The position numbers and the translations under genes were made by a program. The notes under the pieces are model-generated. The model saw only the letters and a list, made by a program, of their open reading frames with translations, was not told the origin of the DNA and made no database searches. This document shows positions 18,328 through 27,794 of a stretch of DNA of 64,000 nt, one piece after another. Position 1 is the first letter of the stretch, and the number at the start of each line of letters is the position of its first letter. This DNA comes from an uncultured Solirubrobacteraceae bacterium (lineage in GTDB: Bacteria; Actinomycetota; Thermoleophilia; Solirubrobacterales; Solirubrobacteraceae): NCBI GenBank assembly GCA_964588985.1, contig CAZPQW010000006.1, positions 1 to 64,000 on the forward strand, given 5' to 3'.

Positions 18328-21300
18328 GAAGGCAGCCGTTGCCCTGATCGTCCTGTTGATGATGGGAGCGCTGGCCGCATCGGCTTCCGCGACCCTGACG
18401 CACCCTCTCGTCTCCAGCTTCACGGGGAGCGAAACTCCAGAAGGGTCGATGTTTCCACTTGAGCTCGCGGTGGACAACTCCTCGAGTGCATCGGCCGGCC
18501 ATGTGTACGTCGGATCGTATGTACCTCGAGTCGTCAACGAGTTCTCGGCTGCAGGCAGCTACCTGTGCCAGATTACGGGTGCGGGCTCTGCGACGACGTC
18601 GCTGAGCGAGTGTGACAGCAGCGGCAGCGGTGTGCCGGAAGGCAGCTTCGGCTCCCCCGAAATTCAACTTGCGGTGACGGTGGATGGGAGCGGCGATTTG
18701 TATGTGGGAAACAGGGAACACCACGCGGTTGACGTGTTCAGTCCCTCGGGGACGTACATATCTGAAATTGCGCTGCCGAAAGAAGGGCAGCCTTCCGCGC
18801 TCGCGGTGGACGCCGCCGGCGACATACTCATAGCCGACTCCAGTAACGGCATCGTGTACAAGTTCGTCCCGGGCGTCGAAAAGCTCGAGATCTTCGCGAC
18901 GGAAGGGCCATCTCACCCACTGGGCTCGGTACAGGGGCTGGCTGGCGATACAGACCCGTCCAGCGCCTCCTACGGCGATGTGTACATGGTGGAAAACGGT
19001 GGCGAAGGCGTGGCCGTGTACGACGCGTCGGGAGAGTACGTCTCATCCATCACCGCTACGTCGAGCGGTCCGTTCGGGGAATCGCCCTACGCGTTGGCGG
19101 TCGATCCGGCCAGTGGCGAGCTGTACGTGGTGATGAGCGGCGGTGTCGACGAGTTTGCGCCTGGCGGCGCATTCCTGTCGCGTATCGAACTGCCGAATCA
19201 AGCGTCGCCGTACGCCGTCGCTGTCAACGGCTCCAGTCACGACGTGTACGTGTCGGCGCTGTTCGCGCGCACGGTGTACGTGCTTGGTCCCGCGGTTGTG
19301 GTGCCCACCGTCACGCCGGCGGCACCGGTGAGCGTGCTGCCCACGAGCGTCACTCTGCACGGTGCCGTGAATCCGGCCGGTGGCGGGGAAGTGACGGAAT
19401 GCGCATTCGAATGGGGTGAAACCCCGTCCTACGGCGAAACGGCCGCGTGCTCTCCGTCGCCGGGATACACGAGCACGACCGAAGTCGACAGCGCGGCGAT
19501 CACAGGTCTCACGCCTGGCACCGCGTATCACTTCAGGATGTCGGCGACGAACGCGAACGGAACCGGATACAGCGCTGACGGGACATTCGAAACGAGCGGC
19601 GCACCGACCCTCGAAGGCGAGACGACGACCGTCGTAGGGCAGACCGATGCCACGGTGCAGGCGGCGCTCGACCCGCACGGTCTGGCGACGACCTACCAGG
19701 TCGAATACGGGTTGTGCGAAGGCACGTGTCCGGCAACCTATGAAGCGACGGTGCCGGTGTCCGGAGCGAGCGCGGGCTCGGGCTTCGCCGCGGCCACGGT
19801 GAGCCAGGAACTCACGGGGCTGCAGCGAAACGCCGAATACCACTACAGGTTCGTCGCGACCAACTCGCAGGGCACGACCGAAGCGTCCGATCAGACCTTC
19901 AGAACAGCCGCGGGCGCCACGGTGGAAAACCGGTCCGCGACGGCCGGCCCTCACGGTGCTGAAATCGTTGGGAGCATCGATCCGGCCGGCGAAGCCGTGA
20001 GCTGTCGTCTGCAGTACGTGAGCGAAGCGGAATTCAAAGCCTCGCAATACGCGCACGCGCAGAGCTTGCCGTGCACGCCCGGCGAACTTGCCGCAAACAC
20101 GGGGGCCCGGACCGTCCACGTGAAGGTGGTGGGGCTCGCCATCGACTCGGTGTACGACTACCGCTTCCTCGTCACGGGCGCATCCGGCGAAGCGACGGGG
20201 CCGGAAGGCTCGGTGGCGACGTTCGGCATCGACGCGTTCGCCTTTGAAATGCAGGATGGCGCTGGAAGCCCGTACACGGAAGCGGGTGGGCACCCGGACA
20301 GCATGGTCACCAACATCGTCCTCGATCAGACCGACGAAGGCGGCCAGTTCACGCCGAGCGGCAACGTCAAGGACGTGCGCGTCGAACTGCCGGCGGGGAT
20401 CGTCGGGAACCCCTCGGCGACGGCGACGTGCACGAGACGCGAATCGGAAGCGAAGGAATGCAGCGGCGCGGCTCAGATCGGGACGCTGATAGTCCAGGCG
20501 GCGACCGAGGGAGAACTCAGGGCGCCGCTATTCAATCTGGCGCCGCCGAAGGGCGTGGCGGCGGAGCTCGGGGCGCGGTTCAACAACTTCGCCAACGCGT
20601 ACATCGAAGCGAGGGTGCGTACCGGCGGCGACTACGGGATCGACGCGGAAAGCCTGAACATCACGAATCTGGCCGGCGTTCAACAGGTCACCGTCAGGGT
20701 CTGGGGCGTGCCGAGTGCAAGAGACCACGACGGAGAACGAGCCTGTCCGGGCCCGGAACACAGCTATGAAGTTCCGTGCGCCACACCGGAACGCGGGCCG
20801 GCGAAGCCGTTCCTGACCGCGCCCGGCTACTGCCCGGGCACGGCCCTGCAGGCGACCGTGTTCGCCGACGCCTATCAGCAGCCGGGCGAATACGTGACGG
20901 GTCACGCCGAAGCGCCCGCGATGGAAGGCTGCGAAAAGCTGCGCTTCTCCCCGAGCGTCTCGATCGCCCCGAAAACCGGCAGTGCGGACTCTCCGACCGG
21001 GCTCGACGTGGGGCTGCACGTGCCGCAGGAAGAAGGCGTCAACGGCTTGGCGGAGGCAAACGTACGAAACGTGAGCGTCACATTGCCCGCGGGCCAGAGT
21101 GTCAATCCGGCGGCGGCCGGCGGCCTGGCGAGCTGCTCGGAAACAGAGATCGAACTGCACGGCCCTCAGCCGGCAGGGTGCCCTGAAGCGTCGAAGATCG
21201 GGTCGGTGGAACTGGAAACCCCGCTCTTCCCGCACCGTGTCTTCAGGGGCGGCGTGTACGTGGCGACGCAGACCGAAAACCCGTTCGGGTCGCTGTTGGC

Positions 21301-22894
21301 GATCTACGTGGCGATCCACGAACCGGAAACGGGTGTGGTGGTCAAGCTCGCCGGGCACGTCGAACTCGGAGAACCGCTCGTGAGCAACGGCCTGCTGCCC
21401 GGGCAGATCAGGACGACCTTCGAAAACAATCCGCAGCTCCCGTTCGAAGATCTGCGGCTCAGCTTCTTCGGCGGGCCGCGCGCGGCTCTGGTGACTCCGC
21501 CGACGTGCGGGTCGTATACGAGCAGCGCCTCGCTGACGCCCTGGTCGAGCAGCGTGCCCACCGAAAAGAGCTCGACGTTTCAGATCACGAGCGGACCCGG
21601 CGGATCGGCGTGCGCCGCGCCTGGGTTCGCCCCGTCGTTCACCGCTGGAACGCCCAACAACCAGGCCGGAGGCTACTCGCCGTTCAGCGTGACGATCTCC
21701 CGCCAGGATGGCGAAGATACGCTGGGGCGCGTGAGCGTCAAGACTCCGCCGGGGCTGTTGGGGATGCTGAGGAGCGTCGTCCGCTGCCCCGAACGGCAGG
21801 CCGGCAAAGGCGAATGCGGCCCGGAAAGCGAAATCGGCGGAGCGACCGTGGCGGTCGGCGCGGGAGCGGATCCGTACTGGGTGAAGGGCGGCAAGGTCTA
21901 CCTCACCGATGCATATGGCGGCGGTCCGTTCGGCCTGTCGATCGTGGTGCCCACGACAGCCGGTCCGTTCACGCTCGCTGGAAATGGCGGGCCTGGAAAG
22001 GAGGTCGTGCGCGCGGCGATCGAGGTTGACCCGACCACGGCGCAGATAACGGTCGTGAGTGATCAGCTACCGAGCATCTTGGAGGGCGTTCCGCTGCAGA
22101 TCAGGACGGTGAACGTCACGATCGACCGGCCGAACTTCATGTTCAACCCCACTAACTGCAGCAAACTGCAGGTCAACGGCGGCCTCGTGAGCAGCACCGG
22201 CACGACCGCGTCGGTCTCCTCGTCGTTCACGGCCGCAAACTGCTCGCGCCTTCCGTTCAAGCCGAGGTTCTCGGCGTCCACGCAGGGCAAGGCGAGCAAA
22301 GCGAGCGGGGCGTCCCTGCACGTCAAAGTGACCTCGGGGGCCGGACAGGCGAACATCGCGAAAGTCAAGGTCGACCTGCCGATCCAGCTGCCCTCGAGGC
22401 TCTCGACGCTTCAGAAAGCGTGCGTGGACGCCGTCTTCAAAGCGAACCCGGCGTCATGTCCGGCAGCCTCGGCGGTGGGCAGGGCGACGGCGGTAACGCC
22501 GGTGCTCGCGCACCCGCTGACTGGCCCGGCGTACCTGGTGTCCCACGCCGGGGCGGCGTTCCCGGACCTGGAGATCGTCCTGCAGGGCGAAGGGATCACG
22601 CTGATCCTCGACGGCAACACGAAGATCAAGAACGGGGTCACGTCGAGCATCTTCAAGGCGGTGCCGGATGCGCCGATCTCGAGCTTCGACATGGTGTTGC
22701 CGGAGGGCCCGCACTCGGTGTTGGCGACCAACCTGCCCGCAAGGTCGAAGTACAACCTGTGCGGACGGACTCTGAACATGCCGACCGTGATCACGGGCCA
22801 AAACGGGGCGGTCGTCAAACAGAACACCAAGATCCTCGCCACCGGCTGCCCTACCAAGCACAAGAAGGCCAAGGCGGGGCGCGCAAAGAGCTGA
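18320..22894 (+). CDS. Large secreted protein: NHL propeller, 3 FN3-like domains and four-fold Cys-repeat domain (C1)
   Basis: Signal MYRKAAVALIVLLMMGALAASASA; LAVD..G..YV NHL repeats; GLTPGTAYHFR, GLQRNAEYHYR and GLAIDSVYDYR FN3 signatures; start overlaps the end of B1. Confidence 0.88.
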   Translation: MYRKAAVALIVLLMMGALAASASATLTHPLVSSFTGSETPEGSMFPLELAVDNSSSASAGHVYVGSYVPRVVNEFSAAGSYLCQITGAGSATTSLSECDSSGSGVPEGSFGSPEIQLAVTVDGSGDLYVGNREHHAVDVFSPSGTYISEIALPKEGQPSALAVDAAGDILIADSSNGIVYKFVPGVEKLEIFATEGPSHPLGSVQGLAGDTDPSSASYGDVYMVENGGEGVAVYDASGEYVSSITATSSGPFGESPYALAVDPASGELYVVMSGGVDEFAPGGAFLSRIELPNQASPYAVAVNGSSHDVYVSALFARTVYVLGPAVVVPTVTPAAPVSVLPTSVTLHGAVNPAGGGEVTECAFEWGETPSYGETAACSPSPGYTSTTEVDSAAITGLTPGTAYHFRMSATNANGTGYSADGTFETSGAPTLEGETTTVVGQTDATVQAALDPHGLATTYQVEYGLCEGTCPATYEATVPVSGASAGSGFAAATVSQELTGLQRNAEYHYRFVATNSQGTTEASDQTFRTAAGATVENRSATAGPHGAEIVGSIDPAGEAVSCRLQYVSEAEFKASQYAHAQSLPCTPGELAANTGARTVHVKVVGLAIDSVYDYRFLVTGASGEATGPEGSVATFGIDAFAFEMQDGAGSPYTEAGGHPDSMVTNIVLDQTDEGGQFTPSGNVKDVRVELPAGIVGNPSATATCTRRESEAKECSGAAQIGTLIVQAATEGELRAPLFNLAPPKGVAAELGARFNNFANAYIEARVRTGGDYGIDAESLNITNLAGVQQVTVRVWGVPSARDHDGERACPGPEHSYEVPCATPERGPAKPFLTAPGYCPGTALQATVFADAYQQPGEYVTGHAEAPAMEGCEKLRFSPSVSIAPKTGSADSPTGLDVGLHVPQEEGVNGLAEANVRNVSVTLPAGQSVNPAAAGGLASCSETEIELHGPQPAGCPEASKIGSVELETPLFPHRVFRGGVYVATQTENPFGSLLAIYVAIHEPETGVVVKLAGHVELGEPLVSNGLLPGQIRTTFENNPQLPFEDLRLSFFGGPRAALVTPPTCGSYTSSASLTPWSSSVPTEKSSTFQITSGPGGSACAAPGFAPSFTAGTPNNQAGGYSPFSVTISRQDGEDTLGRVSVKTPPGLLGMLRSVVRCPERQAGKGECGPESEIGGATVAVGAGADPYWVKGGKVYLTDAYGGGPFGLSIVVPTTAGPFTLAGNGGPGKEVVRAAIEVDPTTAQITVVSDQLPSILEGVPLQIRTVNVTIDRPNFMFNPTNCSKLQVNGGLVSSTGTTASVSSSFTAANCSRLPFKPRFSASTQGKASKASGASLHVKVTSGAGQANIAKVKVDLPIQLPSRLSTLQKACVDAVFKANPASCPAASAVGRATAVTPVLAHPLTGPAYLVSHAGAAFPDLEIVLQGEGITLILDGNTKIKNGVTSSIFKAVPDAPISSFDMVLPEGPHSVLATNLPARSKYNLCGRTLNMPTVITGQNGAVVKQNTKILATGCPTKHKKAKAGRAKS

Positions 22895-22924
22895 CTCGGC
22901 TCGCACGAGATCGCGCGTATTCGG

Positions 22925-23199
22925 CGAGCTGTTTCCGTCACATGCGTGTTTTTTACTGGGCGAACTTACCCAGAAATACGGGATTTTGACTGTCAGGACT
23001 TTTGTAGATCCTGGATGTAAATTGCTCACACCCTTGTGGAGGCAGACGTTCGGCTGTTAGAACTTTGCTCGTCCCGATGGATGGACAAATGGGATGTCAC
23101 AGCGAAGGGACGAACGTCGCTGGCGAGCCAACGGCGTTGGTTAGGACCACTGCTCCTGTCGTGCGGCTGGGGCGGTGATCACAGGAGCATGGCGATGCG
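22925..23199 (+). repeat. Diverged non-coding direct repeat, copy 2
   Basis: Same blocks as 14988-15260 at near-identical spacing (71/71 nt and 182/184 nt between anchors). Confidence 0.8.
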
Positions 23200-23300
23200 C
23201 GGCAGGCCTTCGACGGGTTAGATTCGCTATGTCTGAACGTCGGCGGTACACGCGCGTCGTCATGCTCCGTGAATCGGGCGCTACGCTAGCCTGAGGCGCA

Positions 23301-24380
23301 ATGCCGCCCGCACCCTTGACCCTCCGCCGCACCGCCCTGTTCGACCGCCACGTCGAGGCCGGCGCGAAGATGGTCGACTTCGCCGGCTGGGAGATGCCGG
23401 TCCAATACCAGGGCGTGCGCGAGGAGCACATGGCGGTGCGCGAAGCGTGCGGGATCTTCGACGTGTCGCACATGGGCGAGATCGAGACGAGCGGGCCGCA
23501 GGCGCTCGAGCTGCTGCAGCGGCTGCTCTCCAACGACGTCGCGCAGATCCCGATCGACGGGGCGCAGTACAGCGTGCTCTGCCGCGAGGACGGCGGCGTG
23601 CTCGACGACCTCTTCACCTACCGACTCGACGTCGACCGCTACCTGACGGTCACGAACGCCTCCAACCACGCCAAGGACCTCGCATGGTTCCAGGCTCACG
23701 CCGAGGGTCTGCCCGACGTGCGGGTCGAGGACCGCATCGACGACTGGGCGATGCTCGCCGTGCAGGGGCATCTCGCGCGCGAGATCGTGCAGGCGATCTC
23801 CGACCACCCGCTGCCCGAGCGCATGAGCGCCGAGACCCGCAACCTGCTCGGGAGCGACGTGCTCGTGTGCGGCACGGGCTACACCGGCGAGGACGGCGTC
23901 GAGCTGCTCTGCCCGACCGAGAACGCCGTCGAGCTGTGGGACGAGCTCGTCAAGCGCGGCGCCACGCCCGCCGGGCTCGGCGCGCGCGACACGCTGCGCC
24001 TTGAGGTCTGCTTCCACCTCTACGGCAACGACCTCAGCGAAGCCCGAGGCCCGATCGAAGCTGGGCTCGGCTGGTGCTGCAAGGAGGACACGCGCTTCAT
24101 CGGCTCCGAGGCCGTGCGCGCCGTCCGGGCGAGCGGGCCCGCGGAGAAGCTCGTCGCGTTCGCGCTGGACGGCCCCGGGATCGCCCGCCAGGGCAACCCG
24201 ATCGTTGGCGGGGGAGAGGTCACGAGCGGCACGCTCTCGCCGTGCCTCGGCGTGGGCATCGGCATGGCCTACGTGCCCGTCGCGAACGCCGCCGTGGGCA
24301 CCCGTCTCGAGATAGACGTTCGTGGCAAGATGCGCGGCGCCGTTGTCAAGGACAAGCCGCTCTACAGAAAGGGCTCCTGA
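23301..24380 (+). CDS. gcvT: Glycine cleavage aminomethyltransferase T
   Basis: FAGWEMPVQY, FDVSHMG, TGYTGEDGVE, GLGARDTLRLE. Confidence 0.96.
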   Translation: MPPAPLTLRRTALFDRHVEAGAKMVDFAGWEMPVQYQGVREEHMAVREACGIFDVSHMGEIETSGPQALELLQRLLSNDVAQIPIDGAQYSVLCREDGGVLDDLFTYRLDVDRYLTVTNASNHAKDLAWFQAHAEGLPDVRVEDRIDDWAMLAVQGHLAREIVQAISDHPLPERMSAETRNLLGSDVLVCGTGYTGEDGVELLCPTENAVELWDELVKRGATPAGLGARDTLRLEVCFHLYGNDLSEARGPIEAGLGWCCKEDTRFIGSEAVRAVRASGPAEKLVAFALDGPGIARQGNPIVGGGEVTSGTLSPCLGVGIGMAYVPVANAAVGTRLEIDVRGKMRGAVVKDKPLYRKGS

Positions 24381-24796
24381 TGGCCCAGGCCAGCTACCCC
24401 GACGACCTGCTGTACCACGCGGAGCACGACTGGGCTCGCATCGACGCCGCTGATCCGACGCTGGGCGGCGCCGGCCCGGTCGCGACGCTGGGGATCACCT
24501 GGTACGCGCAGGACGCGCTCGGCGAGGTCGTGTTCTTCGAGGCGCCCGCCGTCGGCACCACGCTCACGAAGGACGCCTCCTACACCGAGGTCGAGTCCGT
24601 GAAGGCCGTCTCGGACGTGATCGCGCCGCTTTCGGGAGACATCGTGGAGGTCAACGAGGCGCTCTCCGAGAACCCCGCGACGATCAACGAAGACCCCTAC
24701 GGAGAGGGCTGGCTCGTGAAGATCCGCCTCAGCGACCCGTCCGAGCGCGACGCGCTGATGGACGCCGCCACCTACCGGGCTTCGCTCGCTGGCTAG
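24380..24796 (+). CDS. gcvH: Glycine cleavage H protein
   Basis: GITWYAQDALGEVVF, ESVKAVSD lipoyl-Lys, NEDPYGEGWL; TGATG overlap. Confidence 0.95.
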   Translation: MAQASYPDDLLYHAEHDWARIDAADPTLGGAGPVATLGITWYAQDALGEVVFFEAPAVGTTLTKDASYTEVESVKAVSDVIAPLSGDIVEVNEALSENPATINEDPYGEGWLVKIRLSDPSERDALMDAATYRASLAG

Positions 24797-24809
24797 GCTG
24801 ATTGTTTAG

Positions 24810-26234
24810 TTGAGCCGCTACACGTCCATCACCCCGCAGGATCTCGACGCGATGCTCGACGCGATCGGCGTCGGCTCGCTGCAGGAGATCTTCGACCGCC
24901 AGATCCCCGAGGCGGTGCGCCTCGACCGCGCCCTCGACCTCCCGCAGGGGCAGCCCGAGCAGGACGTGTACGAGCACCTGCGCGATCTGGCGGCGCGCAA
25001 CGTCTCGAGCGAGGACGAGCTGAGCTTCCTCGGGGCGGGCATGTACGACCACTACGTGCCGGCGCTGATCGACATGCTGATGGAGCGCTCGGAGTTCCTC
25101 ACCCCCTACACGCCCTACCAGCCGGAGATCTCCCAGGGCGGGCTGCAGGTGATGTTCGAGTACCAGACCGCGATCTGCGAGCTCACCGACCTCGCGGTGT
25201 CGAACGCCTCCGTCTACGAGGGCCCCTCGGCGGTCGCCGCGGCGGGCTATCTCGCGAAGCTCCACAGCGGCGGCAGCCGGTTCGTCGTGAGCGCGGGGCT
25301 CCACCCGCACACGATCGGGACGCTGCGCACGCTCGCCCACGGCTACGGCATGGACGTCGTCGAGGTTCCACTGCGCGACGGCGTCACCGACCCGGACGGA
25401 TGGGCGCAGGCGATCGACGCCGATACCAGCGCGGCGATCTTTGCCCAGCCCAACTTCTACGGCGCGGTCGAGGACGCGGAGGCGCTCAGCGCCGCCGCCA
25501 AGGCAGCCTCCCCGGAGCGTCCGCCCGTTGTGATCGCCCAGGTCGACGCGATCGCGCTCGGGATCCTCAAGCCCCCGGGGGCGTGCGGCGTGGACGTGGC
25601 TGTCGGCGAGGGGCAGCCGCTCGGTAACCGCCTCGACTTCGGCGGTCCGTCGTTCGGGTTCTTCGCGGCGCGCGAGGAGTACCTGCGGCGGATGCCCGGG
25701 CGGATCGCGGGCGAGACGCTCGACGTGGACGGCCGGCGCGGGTTCGTGCTGACGCTGCAGACGCGCGAGCAGCACATCCGCCGGGAGAAAGCCACATCCA
25801 ACATCTGCACCGCGCAGGCACTGAACGCGCTCGCGGGCGTCGTGTATCTCACGTGGCTCGGCCGGCGGGGGATCGTGGAGCTGGGGGAGCTGCTGCTGGC
25901 CCGCACCCACTACGCGCGCGAGAGGCTCGCCGGCCTCGACGGCGTGGAGAAGCTCCACGAGCAGCCCGTCGTGCGCGAGTTCGCGCTGCGCCTCGACGCG
26001 GACGTGGCCGCGGTCAAGCGCCGCTGCGCCGAGCAGGGCGTGAACCCCGGCGTGGACGTGCACGCGCTCACCGGCCGCCCCGAGGACGAGGGCGTGATGC
26101 TTGTGGCGATCACCGAGCGCCGCTCGCGCGCGGACATCGACCGGCTCGTGGAGGTGCTGGGCGAAGCTATCGCAGCCGAGCGCGCTACGCCGGCCGAGCG
26201 TCTCAAGGCAGCCGAAACGGCGGTGCCCGCGTGA
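24810..26234 (+). CDS. gcvPA: Glycine dehydrogenase subunit 1
   Basis: FLGAGMYDH, YTPYQPEISQG, TREQHIRREKATSNICT. Confidence 0.95.
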   Translation: MSRYTSITPQDLDAMLDAIGVGSLQEIFDRQIPEAVRLDRALDLPQGQPEQDVYEHLRDLAARNVSSEDELSFLGAGMYDHYVPALIDMLMERSEFLTPYTPYQPEISQGGLQVMFEYQTAICELTDLAVSNASVYEGPSAVAAAGYLAKLHSGGSRFVVSAGLHPHTIGTLRTLAHGYGMDVVEVPLRDGVTDPDGWAQAIDADTSAAIFAQPNFYGAVEDAEALSAAAKAASPERPPVVIAQVDAIALGILKPPGACGVDVAVGEGQPLGNRLDFGGPSFGFFAAREEYLRRMPGRIAGETLDVDGRRGFVLTLQTREQHIRREKATSNICTAQALNALAGVVYLTWLGRRGIVELGELLLARTHYARERLAGLDGVEKLHEQPVVREFALRLDADVAAVKRRCAEQGVNPGVDVHALTGRPEDEGVMLVAITERRSRADIDRLVEVLGEAIAAERATPAERLKAAETAVPA

Positions 26235-27790
26235 GCGCGAACTCGACCACCGAGATGCCGCTGCAGCGCCAGCGCGCGACGACGATCTTCCAGAAGGGCG
26301 CGCCGGGCCGCCGCGCATTCCTGTGCCCCGATCTGGACGTCCCCGCGGTCGACCCGCACGCGCTGCTCCCGGAGCGCTTCCGTCGCGCCGAGCCACCGCG
26401 GCTGCCGGAGGTGTCGGAGCCGGAGATCGTGCGCCACTACGTGGGCATCTCGAAGCGCAACTTCGACCTCGACTCGGGCTTCTACCCGCTGGGCTCGTGC
26501 ACGATGAAGCACAACCCGCGTCTGCACGAGCGTGCGGCGGCGCTGCCGGGCCACGCACGCCTGCACCCGCTGCAGGACCCCGAGCGCTCGCAGGGGGCGC
26601 TGGAGCTGATGTGGAACCTGCAGGAGGCGCTGGCGGAGATCTCGGGCCTGCCGCACGTGTCCCTTCAGCCCTCGGCGGGCTCCCACGGCGAGCTCGCGGG
26701 CGTGCTGCTGACACGCGCCTACCACGAGGATCGGGGAGAGACGCGCCACAAGGTGCTGACGCCCGACACGGCGCACGGGACGAACCCGGCGACGGTGACG
26801 ATGGCGGGCCTGGAGGTGGTGAAGGTCGCGACGAACGCGGACGGCGGCGTGGACATTGACGACCTGCGCGCGAAGGCGGACGAAGACGTGGCGTGCCTGA
26901 TGCTGACGAACCCCAACACGCTTGGCCTGTTCGACCCGAACATCGCGGAGATCGCGGAGATCGTGCACGGCGTGGGCGCGACGCTGTACTACGACGGCGC
27001 GAACCTGAACGCGGTGATGGGCATCTCGCGGCCAGGCGACATGGGCTTCGACATCGTGCACTTCAACCTGCACAAGTCCTTCACCCAGCCCCACGGCGGC
27101 GGCGGCCCGGGCTCCGGCCCGATCGCGGTGTCAGAGCGCGTGGCGCCGTTCCTGCCGGTGCCGGTGGTGAGCAAGCGCGAGGCGGCGGAGCCGACGGGGC
27201 GCGAGCGAGTGGTGGCGGATCGCGCGCCGACGTTCGACCTGGACTACGGCAGCGGCCGGGTGGGGTCGAAGACGATCGGCCGGCTGCGCGGCTTCCACGG
27301 CAACTACGGCTGCTTCGTGCGCTCCTACGCGTACATCCGCTCGCTCGGCGCGGACGGCCTGAAGGACGCCTCCGAGGTGGCGGTGCTGAACGCGAACTAC
27401 CTGCTGGCGCTGTTGAAGCGCAAAGGCGTGGCGGAGTACCTGCCGCTGGCGTATGGCGAGCTGTGCCTGCACGAGTTCGTGCTCTCCGGTGGGCCGATGA
27501 AGCGGGACCTCGAGATCAAGACGCTCGACCTCGCCAAGCGGCTGCTGGACTTCGGCTTTCACCCGCCGACGGTGTACTTCCCGCTGCTGGTGGAGGAGGC
27601 GCTGATGGTGGAGCCGACGGAGACCGAGACAAAGGAGACCCTCGACGCGTTCGCGGACGCGATCGCGGCGATCCTCGCGGAGGCGGTCGAGGACCCGGAG
27701 ATCGCGCGCAACGCCCCGTACACGACCCCGGTGCGTCGCCTGGACGAGGTGACCGCGGCCAAGCGCCCGATCATCCGCCAAGCGCTCTAG
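26231..27790 (+). CDS. gcvPB: Glycine dehydrogenase subunit 2
   Basis: YPLGSCTMK, AHGTNPA, HFNLHKSF, PHGGGGPG; GTGA overlap. Confidence 0.95.
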   Translation: MSANSTTEMPLQRQRATTIFQKGAPGRRAFLCPDLDVPAVDPHALLPERFRRAEPPRLPEVSEPEIVRHYVGISKRNFDLDSGFYPLGSCTMKHNPRLHERAAALPGHARLHPLQDPERSQGALELMWNLQEALAEISGLPHVSLQPSAGSHGELAGVLLTRAYHEDRGETRHKVLTPDTAHGTNPATVTMAGLEVVKVATNADGGVDIDDLRAKADEDVACLMLTNPNTLGLFDPNIAEIAEIVHGVGATLYYDGANLNAVMGISRPGDMGFDIVHFNLHKSFTQPHGGGGPGSGPIAVSERVAPFLPVPVVSKREAAEPTGRERVVADRAPTFDLDYGSGRVGSKTIGRLRGFHGNYGCFVRSYAYIRSLGADGLKDASEVAVLNANYLLALLKRKGVAEYLPLAYGELCLHEFVLSGGPMKRDLEIKTLDLAKRLLDFGFHPPTVYFPLLVEEALMVEPTETETKETLDAFADAIAAILAEAVEDPEIARNAPYTTPVRRLDEVTAAKRPIIRQAL

Positions 27791-27794
27791 GCCG

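Noticed and set aside
22895-23300. Glycine riboswitch upstream of gcvT
   Set aside because: No GGAGA...CCGAAG...CTCTCAGG aptamer pattern. The region is explained by repeat copy 2, and gcvT looks leaderless.
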